Shown: positions 49,844-59,200 of the stretch, in pieces
How positions within the stretch are numbered: the first letter of the stretch is position 1
How the letters are laid out: the number at the start of each line of letters is the position of its first letter
Assembly (NCBI GenBank): GCA_963764165.1
Contig: CAVXRD010000002.1
Span: forward strand, 2,368,001 to 2,432,000
Length of the DNA stretch: 64,000 nt
Reading direction: 5' to 3'
Source: an uncultured Verrucomicrobiae bacterium
GTDB taxonomy: Bacteria > Verrucomicrobiota > Verrucomicrobiia > Limisphaerales > Palsa-1400
The notes under the pieces: generated by a model
Told to the model about the DNA's origin: nothing
The model's database searches: none
Seen by the model: only the letters and a program-made list of their open reading frames with translations
Translations under genes and position numbers: made by a program

Positions 49844-51430
49844 ATGAACTTCCTCCCCATTGCCATTCGGGAATTGCAGGTCACCGCGCGGAAGCTGATG
49901 ACCTATTATTGGCGCAGCATCAGCGCGGCGAACGCGGCCTGCATCACGCTCGCCTGGTTGCTGGTGGGATTCAGCGGCGCTGTGACGGCCAGCCAAGCCG
50001 GCACGATGACCTTTCAAGCGCTCTCAATGCTCGGTTATGCCATGACGGCGATGGCGTCCAGCCTCATCACCTGCGATTGCATCAGCGAGGAACGGCGGGA
50101 AGGAACGCTGGGATTCTTATTCTTGACAGACCTTAAGGGCTACGACATTGTCGTTGGCAAACTGGCCCGGCTGGCGGTGCCGGTTTATTGTTTGGCGGCG
50201 GCGTTTCCCGCGCTCGGATTCACCATGCTGCTGGGCGGAGTGGAATTGTGGCAATTCGCCAAAATCGCAGTCACGCTGCTCAACACGCTTTTTTTCTTCT
50301 CGACACTCGGGCTGCTGATTTCCGCCAGGGTCTGGAATAGCCAGTGGGCGGTGTCTCTTGCGTCAATGGGCGTTTTGGTATTCAGCGCCCCCATGGTGGC
50401 TGCTTTGCTGGGATTGCGCGTTGCGGGTCCGGGAATGCCAGCGCTAATATTCACGCCGGCGGGAGCTTTTCTATCGGCGCTCGTTACTGGAGCTTCGACG
50501 GTGACAACCCCGAGCTTCTGGGCTTCCTTGATCGTCAGCAACGCGATGGGCTGGCTTTTTCTCATCCTGGCCAGCGGCTTGGTTTCACGTGTGGTTTCCG
50601 GCGAAAAACGCACCCGTCCTGCCCGCGCGAAATTAGTCTCAAGCGCAAATCCGGCGCTGGCTTTGTTCGAGTCTCAGTCGTCGCACCGCTCGTGGCCGTT
50701 CGTAATGGTTTTGCTTTCGCTGGTGGTGTTGATCTGCGTCGTCGGGATGTGGATCAGCGCGGCGACTTGGTACGACATTCCGCTGTTTGCCATCATAGTG
50801 TTGACTCTGCATTTGGTGTTCAAGGCCCGGGTGGCCCAGAGCGCGTGCCAGTCGCTCCCGCATCGGAGGCAGACGGGCGAACTGGAAATTCTCCTGACCA
50901 CGCCGCTGGACGGCGACACCATTCTGCTGGGCTCAACCACCGCGATCAAACATGAGCTGCTTTGGCCGTTTTTCTTCGTGACAGCGATGGACGTCCTGCT
51001 TCTGGTCCTCGGCTGGCGCAAACTGGGGCTTTGGCAGGGCTTCGCTTACGGTGCGGTTTGGCTGGTTGAGTTTGTGACGTTCGCGGTCAACCTCTACACG
51101 CTGACGTGGTTCGGATTGTGGGCGGGCATGCGCACAGCGAACTCCGCGAAAGCAATGGGGCGAACGATTTTCTGCATCCTATTCATGCCGTGGACGGTCG
51201 TCGCGGTTTGCGCGGCAGGTGTGGGCATCCTGACCTACGGACATTTCCAGCCCATGATGTCCGTGGTGACCGGCTTTGAGTTCGCGGCTGGCTGGTGCGC
51301 CTGCAATCTGGGTTTTGCCGGTCTCGCAGTGTGCGAGCTGCGCGACAAGTTTCGCTTCCTTGCGGCCAGCCAGACCGCACCGCCCAAGCCATTCAAGTTG
51401 TCGTGGATTCCACGGTGGAGGAAAGTATAA
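49844..51430 (+). CDS. ABC-2-type permease-like membrane protein
   Basis: LPIAIRELQV, DCISEERREGTLGFLFLTDL, GELEILLTTPL. Confidence 0.82.
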   Translation: MNFLPIAIRELQVTARKLMTYYWRSISAANAACITLAWLLVGFSGAVTASQAGTMTFQALSMLGYAMTAMASSLITCDCISEERREGTLGFLFLTDLKGYDIVVGKLARLAVPVYCLAAAFPALGFTMLLGGVELWQFAKIAVTLLNTLFFFSTLGLLISARVWNSQWAVSLASMGVLVFSAPMVAALLGLRVAGPGMPALIFTPAGAFLSALVTGASTVTTPSFWASLIVSNAMGWLFLILASGLVSRVVSGEKRTRPARAKLVSSANPALALFESQSSHRSWPFVMVLLSLVVLICVVGMWISAATWYDIPLFAIIVLTLHLVFKARVAQSACQSLPHRRQTGELEILLTTPLDGDTILLGSTTAIKHELLWPFFFVTAMDVLLLVLGWRKLGLWQGFAYGAVWLVEFVTFAVNLYTLTWFGLWAGMRTANSAKAMGRTIFCILFMPWTVVAVCAAGVGILTYGHFQPMMSVVTGFEFAAGWCACNLGFAGLAVCELRDKFRFLAASQTAPPKPFKLSWIPRWRKV

Positions 51431-51457
51431 TGTGCGGGTTGTGGGTCAATTATTCAT

Positions 51458-51534
51458 AAAGCACGGTAGGGCGAGGCTCCTGCCGAGCCATCTTCAATGC
51501 GCGGCTCGGCAGGAGCCTCGCCCTACCGTGCTTT
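51458..51534. repeat. GTAG-family REP doublet
   Basis: Perfect 32-bp inverted arms AAAGCACGGTAGGGCGAGGCTCCTGCCGAGCC. Confidence 0.9.
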
Positions 51535-51562
51535 GTCTCAATTCGCTAACGGTCAGAAGGTT

Positions 51563-52024
51563 GTGGTAGACAACATTCGCATTTCGAAATCCGGGATTCA
51601 CGGTTATGGCGGCTTTGCGACCAAGCCGTTTTGCAAAGGCGCGCGCGTCGTCGAATATCTGGGCGAACGCATCACCAAGGAGGAATCGCTGCGGCGATGC
51701 CAGGAGCAGAATTGGTTCATTTTCGGACTCGATGAAGAATTCGACCTGGACGGAAATGTGACGTGGAATCCAGCCCGCTTCATCAACCACAGTTGCGAGC
51801 CCAATTGCGAAGCGGTGTGCGACGATGGGCAGGTCTGGATTGTGGCGTTGCGCGACATTCGCCCCGGCGAGGAGGTCACATTCAATTACGGCTACGACTT
51901 GATGGATATCGACGAGCACCCGTGCCGCTGCGGCGCGCCCGGATGCGTCGGTTACATGGTGGCCGAGGAATTCTTTGACAAGGCCCGCAAGCGTCAAGCA
52001 GAAGATCGCGCAAAGAATTCCTGA
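51563..52024 (+). CDS. SET-domain lysine methyltransferase with post-SET motif
   Basis: SGIHGYG, EYLGE, ARFINHSCEPN, GEEVTFNY, CRCGAPGC; start uncertain. Confidence 0.92.
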   Translation: MVDNIRISKSGIHGYGGFATKPFCKGARVVEYLGERITKEESLRRCQEQNWFIFGLDEEFDLDGNVTWNPARFINHSCEPNCEAVCDDGQVWIVALRDIRPGEEVTFNYGYDLMDIDEHPCRCGAPGCVGYMVAEEFFDKARKRQAEDRAKNS

Positions 52025-54342
52025 ACGTCTTTCGCCGGTGTTCGCGAAATAAGCTCCATGGGCGAGCGCTCATACCAATCGCGCGGCAGCCGGCTGGCGT
52101 AGGGCTCCTGCAAAAATCGCTGGCAAATCAGCGCAATCACGCCGCGATCCGTTTCGCTGCGGATCAATCGCCCGGCCGCCTGAATGACGCGCGTCATCCC
52201 CGGCTGCAAATAGGCGTAATCAAAACCGGCCTGCTCCGTTTCCTCGAAATAGCGGCGCAGCAATTCGCGCTCAAACGAAACCTGCGGCAGCGCGGGCGAG
52301 ACGACGTAAACCGCACTCAGCAACTCGCCGGGATAATCGACGCCTTCGGCATACATCCCACCGAGCACGGCGAAGAGCAGCACACCGTCCGCTGGCGCGG
52401 CGGCGAGCGTTTTGAAAATGCGTTCGCGCTCGTCTTCACGGGAGTTGGGCCGCTGGACAATCAGCGTGGCGCGGGTCGCGGGCATTTTCGCGGCGACCTG
52501 CTCGAGAAATTGGTAGCTCGGAAAAAGCACGAGGCCATTCCCGTATTGCGCATCGGACATTTCGCCGAGAAGCGTCGCGATGGTTCCATAACTCTTCGCC
52601 CGCGCCGCGAAAGTGGTTCGAACTTGCGGCAGCACCAGCACCTTGCGATTTTCCCGAGGAAACGGCGGCGGCAGTGTCAACGATTCGGTTCGATCTTTCT
52701 CGAGGCCGAGCAGACGCCGGGTCACATCCACTGGAGTCAGCGTGGCCGAAAAAAGAATCGCGGACGCGGCCGCCTTGAACACCGGCGCCACTGCCCGCGC
52801 GGGATCGAGGCACACGACAGCGAGGCGAATTCCGACCGGGCGTTTCTCCACCACGCACGCGAAGCCGGGGCCGAACAAGTTCAGAATTGCCATGAACCGC
52901 TGCCACGCGAAATGCAAATCAACCAGCGGATCTTCGGCCAGCGCGAGTTTGATTTCGCGTTTCCACGAGAGGTAGCGGACGAAGAGCGGCTCCCACTGTT
53001 TCCACAATTGGCGCAGTTCGTCCTGTGGCGGCTGCGCCTCGCAGATGTTCGCATTCTCTTCGATGGCTCCGGCGCATTGACGGAGCAGGGCGGCGGCTCC
53101 ATCCACAATGCGCGTCAGCGATTCGAACAATTCACCGGGTTGCAGAAGCAAACGGCCCGCGACATCCCGAAAGGATTCCTCGATCAACTCGGGCGAAAAG
53201 ATTTTGCGCGCCCGGTCCGGCAGATTGTGGGCTTCGTCAATAAGAAGAATGGCCGAGGCCAATCCTTCGCGGTCGAGATGGCTCAGGGCCGCGCCGGGGT
53301 CGAAGACATAATTGTAGTCAGCCGTGATGGCATCCGCTTTTCGCGAAAGTTCCAGTTGAACTTCAAATGGGCAGACCTTTTCCGCCTTGGCGGCGGCGAA
53401 AACGGCGTCGGGATCAAAGTGGGCCAGCTTCTCGCGCAATCGATCCAGCAATCGCGAGTCCTCCATTTTGCCAGGATAGTTTTTCGCATAGGGGCAAAAA
53501 TCTTCGTGACAGAGAACGCGGTCGTTGGCGCACATTTTTTCCTTGGCCCGGATTTGCGCGGTGCGAAACGTTCCGCTCGTGTTGGCGGCGCGGAAGACGG
53601 AAACCGCCATGCGCTGTTGCAGCGTTTTGGGCGTCAAGAAAACCACTTGTTTGCCCTCGGTCAATCCCCGTTGCAGAGCAGGATAAAGGCTGGCCGCCGT
53701 CTTGCCCGAACCGGTGGGAGCTTCGGCCATGAGGTGGCCGCCCGAGTCGAGCGCGCTGGCGACGGCGTCAATCATGATTTGCTGGCCGGGGCGTGGAGCG
53801 TGATGCGGAAACGGCATGTCAGCGGCGGCAGCCGCCTTGCGCCCGCGAATGACAACCTCGGCGCGCCAGATGGCGAGCAGTTCAGCAATCCGCGCTTTGA
53901 TGTCGCGTTCGACGGTTTCCTCCTGGCACGGCACCGGCACGGCGAATTCCTCGCTCGTGGCCAGATCGACGTAAACGAGCGAGCCGATGACCGGCGTGTT
54001 TCCCATGCGCCGCCAGAGGTTGCAGTAAATTTGCAGTTGACGCTGGTGGCTCTCCATGACCGAGCCGGAGCCGGGCAGATAGGCGGACTTGAATTCCTCG
54101 ACCAGCCAGCCACCGTCTTCGTTTTGAACGCAGCCGTCAAGGCGGCCGGTGATTAGCGCAGTCCAGTCCTCGACCTCCCAACGATCCTGCAAATAAACTT
54201 CGCGCCGGTAACCGGGTCGCGCCTGGCAGCGTTGCAGCAAAACGCGCGCGTGCAATTCCGCGCCCAAGCCGAGCCGGTGCCAGCCCTGCCCGCGCTCGAA
54301 TCCGATGCGCTGAAATCCCTCGCGCTCCGCCAATTCCCGCAC
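51994..54342 (-). CDS. DinG/Rad3-like Fe-S helicase with N-terminal PD-(D/E)XK nuclease domain
   Basis: GRLDG...EEFKS...QLQIY; APTGSGKT, DEAH, SATL, EGVD, QAAGRLIRSETDRG; Fe-S cysteines. True start may be slightly upstream. Confidence 0.9.
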   Translation of the reverse strand: MRELAEREGFQRIGFERGQGWHRLGLGAELHARVLLQRCQARPGYRREVYLQDRWEVEDWTALITGRLDGCVQNEDGGWLVEEFKSAYLPGSGSVMESHQRQLQIYCNLWRRMGNTPVIGSLVYVDLATSEEFAVPVPCQEETVERDIKARIAELLAIWRAEVVIRGRKAAAAADMPFPHHAPRPGQQIMIDAVASALDSGGHLMAEAPTGSGKTAASLYPALQRGLTEGKQVVFLTPKTLQQRMAVSVFRAANTSGTFRTAQIRAKEKMCANDRVLCHEDFCPYAKNYPGKMEDSRLLDRLREKLAHFDPDAVFAAAKAEKVCPFEVQLELSRKADAITADYNYVFDPGAALSHLDREGLASAILLIDEAHNLPDRARKIFSPELIEESFRDVAGRLLLQPGELFESLTRIVDGAAALLRQCAGAIEENANICEAQPPQDELRQLWKQWEPLFVRYLSWKREIKLALAEDPLVDLHFAWQRFMAILNLFGPGFACVVEKRPVGIRLAVVCLDPARAVAPVFKAAASAILFSATLTPVDVTRRLLGLEKDRTESLTLPPPFPRENRKVLVLPQVRTTFAARAKSYGTIATLLGEMSDAQYGNGLVLFPSYQFLEQVAAKMPATRATLIVQRPNSREDERERIFKTLAAAPADGVLLFAVLGGMYAEGVDYPGELLSAVYVVSPALPQVSFERELLRRYFEETEQAGFDYAYLQPGMTRVIQAAGRLIRSETDRGVIALICQRFLQEPYASRLPRDWYERSPMELISRTPAKDVQEFFARSSA

Positions 54343-54789
54343 GGAGACTTCAAAGACTTTAGTTGCAGGGTCGAATTTCAGATGTGGGGCGTGATGTCCC
54401 GCGATTAACGCAGGCGGTTTGAAGGGCGGCGGAGTTGGGCGATAATTTTCAAGAGAGCCGGGATCATCCAGCCCTTTCCATTATAAATTTTCCACGGCAA
54501 ACCGCAAGGCGATCAGCTTTTTGCGGTCAAGAAAGCGGATTTTGAAAATTCTTTGTAATACCTCCAGGCGATTCCTTCTTAATAGAATGGCAGGGTGGTC
54601 TCTGCCTGTTGAAATGCGAAAAAACATCAATGCAATCCGTTGTTTTTGTGTCATCGCGGTTTTTTGGAGATTATGATCGACAGAAGCACTAAGGTCTCTA
54701 TGGTCGGCAGAGTGCGGAACTCTGATCATGCGGTCATCGGCAAATCCTTGCGGCGGTTTCACTCCACACTGCGCGGCGCGGCCCTGGCA

Positions 54790-56187
54790 ATGACCCCCAG
54801 CCCCATTGGAGCCTTGGCGCTGGCGTTTTTGCTCTGGGGAACGAGTTTTGCTTTTGCGTCCACCTCCATTACCAATGTCTCGGCCGTCAACGTCACCTCC
54901 AGCGGCTTTTCCGTGGTTTGGGTAGACTCGCCGGCGCTCTCGGGATCGCAGATGCCGGCCATTTCCATCTTTGCCGACGCCGGGGGCGTGACCAATCTGG
55001 CAGGCGAGATCGGGGTGGAATGGTATCCGCTGAACTCGGGCGCGCCTGCGTCTGTCAGCGCCTACCAGCAGCGCCTGAGCCAGGCCGTTCTTCGCCAGGA
55101 GAGCCAAAGCCTCGGGTATGCTGCCGTTCGCATTTCGGGATGTTTGCCGAACAGCACCTATTATTATAGAGTCGGTGTGAGTGACTCCAATGGCGTGGTT
55201 GCAACCTGGCCCGCGAGGGGGCCGCTCCCCGCGGTCACAACCGCCCAGCAAACCAGCTTCGTGGCGGACTCGGCCCAATTGCTGGTCGAGGTGCCTCCCA
55301 CCACGCCGCCGGGCTCGATCATTCTGCTGGGCAACAGCAACACCCCAAGCATTCTTGCCGCGACTGTGGGCGACGGGGCGGCTACGAACCAGGTTTTCTT
55401 CAACCTTTCTGATTTGCTGAATGCCGCGGGGAACTCAAACTTTACGCCGTCCGGCAACCAGCTATTCGTCGTTACAGAACTGGGCGCGCCCGGCACAGCC
55501 ACTCAAACCTACGATCTGGCTTTCACTGGTGGTTTCAGCGTTGGAACAGAGAACCCGTTTTTGGTGGGCGACTATTTCAGCCTCGCGGTGGGATCGGGCA
55601 TCGCCCAAACCGGCCACAGCGGCAGCCTGCCCATCCAGATGCTAGCTGGGATCGGAATTACCAACCTGACCGTGCAATTGCAGCTGCCCACCGCGGATTT
55701 CAGTTCGCTCTCGGTGCAACTGATTTCCGGGCAGTTGGGTTCGGCCTCCTTGCAGGTCGTCAATCCCGGTTTGGTTTCGATTAACTTGGGAGCGGGATTC
55801 GCCCAGAATCTCCAAGGAGCGCAGGAGCTGGCCCAGCTTAATTTCACCGTTGCGACCAACATATCGTCGGCGTTCGTGCCGGTGACTCCACTGTCTTTGC
55901 AAGTGTCCAACGTGGATGGCTCGGTCACGACCAATTATCAAGCTCAGGCGGGCCAGCTTGTCATCGTGGGCCAGCGGCCGCTCCTGGAAGCTTTGCCGCC
56001 GACTCCAGCGGGGGATTTCGGGGTGGCCGTGTATGGGAATCCGGGCACGAACTATGAATTGCAATACACGACTAACCTGGCAAATCCGGCATGGCAGAAC
56101 TTTCTGAGCTTGCCCCTGACCAACCTTATGGAAGTATTCTTTTTTCCCGGCACCAACGTCCCCGGCATTTTCTACCGGGCCAATTAG
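54790..56187 (+). CDS. Secreted protein with FN3-like, cohesin-like and C-terminal domains
   Basis: Signal peptide ...AFA; LPNSTYYYRV; ends NYELQYTTNL...W...IFYRAN. Start could be 54673. Confidence 0.78.
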   Translation: MTPSPIGALALAFLLWGTSFAFASTSITNVSAVNVTSSGFSVVWVDSPALSGSQMPAISIFADAGGVTNLAGEIGVEWYPLNSGAPASVSAYQQRLSQAVLRQESQSLGYAAVRISGCLPNSTYYYRVGVSDSNGVVATWPARGPLPAVTTAQQTSFVADSAQLLVEVPPTTPPGSIILLGNSNTPSILAATVGDGAATNQVFFNLSDLLNAAGNSNFTPSGNQLFVVTELGAPGTATQTYDLAFTGGFSVGTENPFLVGDYFSLAVGSGIAQTGHSGSLPIQMLAGIGITNLTVQLQLPTADFSSLSVQLISGQLGSASLQVVNPGLVSINLGAGFAQNLQGAQELAQLNFTVATNISSAFVPVTPLSLQVSNVDGSVTTNYQAQAGQLVIVGQRPLLEALPPTPAGDFGVAVYGNPGTNYELQYTTNLANPAWQNFLSLPLTNLMEVFFFPGTNVPGIFYRAN

Positions 56188-56225
56188 CTCGGCGTTTGCT
56201 CCAACTTCCAACTACTGCCACCACT

Positions 56226-59200
56226 ATGATTTTTTCGATTGAAAGGCGGAAATTATGCCGCCTCGGCGTTCAGCTCCTGACGGCGTCGCTGGCGCTGGCG
56301 TCGAACCACCCCTGCCGCGCGGCCACGATCACATGGACAAACGTCGCGGGGGGAAATTGGGAGAACGCCGCCAATTGGAGCCCCGCCCAGGTGCCCGGAG
56401 GGGTGGATGACGCGGTCATCACCGCCAGCGGAACTTTCACGGTGGTCATGAACACAGGCACGACCGTCCACAGCCTTACCCTTGGTGGCTCGACTGGTCA
56501 GCAGACCTTCAGCAACAATAGCTCGCTGAATGTCACGTTTTCAAATCCAAGCGTTGTGAATGCCAACGGCGTCTTCGCTTGGAACGGCGGCACAGTGTCG
56601 GGCGGCGGCTTTACGGTCAACGGTCAACTGCTCTGGCACTCCGGCGTTTTCGGCTGCCCGTTGAACATCGCCACCAACGCCGTGATGAACCTTTATGGCG
56701 GTGGCAATATGTGGCTGGGCGGGACTCTGACCAATGCTGGAACGGTGAATTGGACGGGGGGAGCTTTTCAGTTGGATCCATATGATTATGGAAACAGCGC
56801 CGGTCCAATCGCAAATCTGGCGGGCGGCCAGTGGAATATCGAGTGCGACCAAACCCTGAACAGTCGAACCGGCCCCACCGCCAGCACATATTTCCTGAAC
56901 GCGGGCACTATCACGAAATTGGCCGGGACGGGACAAACCTATGTGCAATTGCCCATCTCAAATACCGCGGCGATTAACGCGTCCTCTGGGACAATCAACT
57001 TCCAAGGCGGCGGGCCGATCACCGGGAACTACACGGCGGCCGCTGGTTCGACGATTGCCTTTTCCAGCGGGAATTTTAGCGTGGGCGCCATTCCAACGTT
57101 CAGCGGATTGGGCAGCTTTCAATTCACCGGCGGCAGCTTGGCGCTGGCCTCGGGCAGCATACCCAATTTGCAGTTGGTCGGTGGCACAGTCAGCCTCGGC
57201 GACGGCTTCCAAGGCGGCACGATCACAAACTTGACTCTGAGCGGGAGCACTCTTGCCGGCACCAACACAGTGAGCGGAGTCATGAACTGGGTGTCCGGCA
57301 TAGTAAACGGCCCGCTGTCGGTCGCGAGCACTGGTGTCTTGACGCTGAGCGGCGGCGGCAATTTGTGGCTCGGCAGTTCTCTGACCAACGCGGGGACCGT
57401 GAATTGGACTGGAGGAGCCTTGCAATTTGATCCGTATGATTACGGAAACAGCGCGGGTCCAATCGTGAACCTGGCGGGCGCGCAGTGGAATATAGAGTGC
57501 GACCAATCACTCAACAGCCGAGGCGGAACCACTTCCAACACGTATTTTGTAAATGACGGGACGATCACAAAATTGGCGGGGACGGGCACAACTTATTTTG
57601 ACGTGCAATTTGACAACGACGGGGCGGTGAACGCGTCGTCCGGCACGATCAACTTTCAAGACGGCGGCCCGATTGGAGCTGCCTACAATGCTGCGTCCGG
57701 AGCGTCCATCGTTTTTGGCAACGGGAGCTTCAATGCTGGCGGGGCACCCACACTCGGGGGATTGGGCAGCTTTCAATTCACCGGCGGCAGCTTGCTGCTG
57801 GGATCCACCATTATCAGCAATCTGCAGATGGTCGGCGGCACAGTGACTCTGGGGGCGGGATTCCAAGGCGGCACGATCACAAACTTGACACTGAACGGCA
57901 GCTATCTAACGGGAACCAACACGGTGACCGGGGTCATGAACTGGGTTTCTGGAATTGTAACTGGTCCGTTGACGGTCGCGAGCACCGGTGTTTTGACCTT
58001 GAGCGGCGGCGGCAATATGTGGCTGGGCAGCGCTCTGACCAACGCGGGGACCGTGAATTGGACTGGGGGAACCTTGCAATTTGATCCGTATGATTACGGA
58101 AACAGCGCAGGCCCAATTGTGAACCTGGCCGGCGCGCAATGGAATATCGAGTGCGACCAATCCCTCAATAGCCGGGGCGGAAACGCTCCCAACACGTATT
58201 TCATAAATGACGGGACGATTACGAAATTGGCGGGGACGGGCACTACCTATTTTTACGTGCAACTTAACAACGCGGCGGCGGTGAATGTGTCGTCCGGAAC
58301 GATCAACTTTCAAGACGGCGGCCAGATTGGAGCGGCTTACAATGCAGCCTCAGGGGCTTCCGTTGTTTTTGGCAGCGGGAGCTTCACTGTAGGAGGGGCA
58401 CCCACGCTCGGCGGATTGGGCAGCTTTCAATTCACCGGCGGCAGCCTGCTGCTGGGATCCACCATTGTCAGCAATCTGCAGATGGTCGGTGGCACAGTGA
58501 GCCTAAGCGAAGGCTTCCAAGGCGGCACGATCACGAACTTGACGCTGAACGGCAGCTATCTTACGGGAACCAACACGGTGACCGGAGCCATGAACTGGGT
58601 GTCCGGCGTAGTGACCGGTCCGTTGACGGTGGCGAGCACCGGGGTTTTGACGTTGAGCGGCGGTGGCAACTTGTGGCTGGGCAGCACTTTGACCAACGCG
58701 GGAACGGTGAACTGGACGGGAGGAAGCTTCCTATTTGATCCGTATGATTATGGAAACAGCGCCGGCCCAATCGTGAATCTGGCGGGAGGGCAGTGGAATA
58801 TCGAATGCGATCAATCCCTCAACAGCCGGGGCGGAAACGCCGCCAACACGTATTTCGCAAATGACGGGACGATTACGAAATTGGCGGGGACCGGCACGAC
58901 CTATGTTTACGTGCCAGTTGACAACGCCGGGGTGGTCAATGCGTCGTCCGGAACGATCAACTTTCAAGACGGGGGCCCGATTGGGGGCGCCTACAATTCT
59001 GCTTCCGGGGCATCCATCGTTTTTGCCAGCGGGAGTTTCACCGTCGGCGGAGTGCCCACACTCGGTGGATCGGGCAGCTTTCAGTTTACCGGCGGCAGCC
59101 TGCTGCTGGGATCCACCATTGTCAGCAATCTGCAGATGACTGGCGGCACGGTGAGCCTCGGGTCGGGTTTTCAGGGGGGCACGATCACGAACTTGACGCT

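Noticed and set aside
52510..54156. 548-aa ORF antisense to the helicase
   Set aside because: Shadow ORF with no recognisable features.
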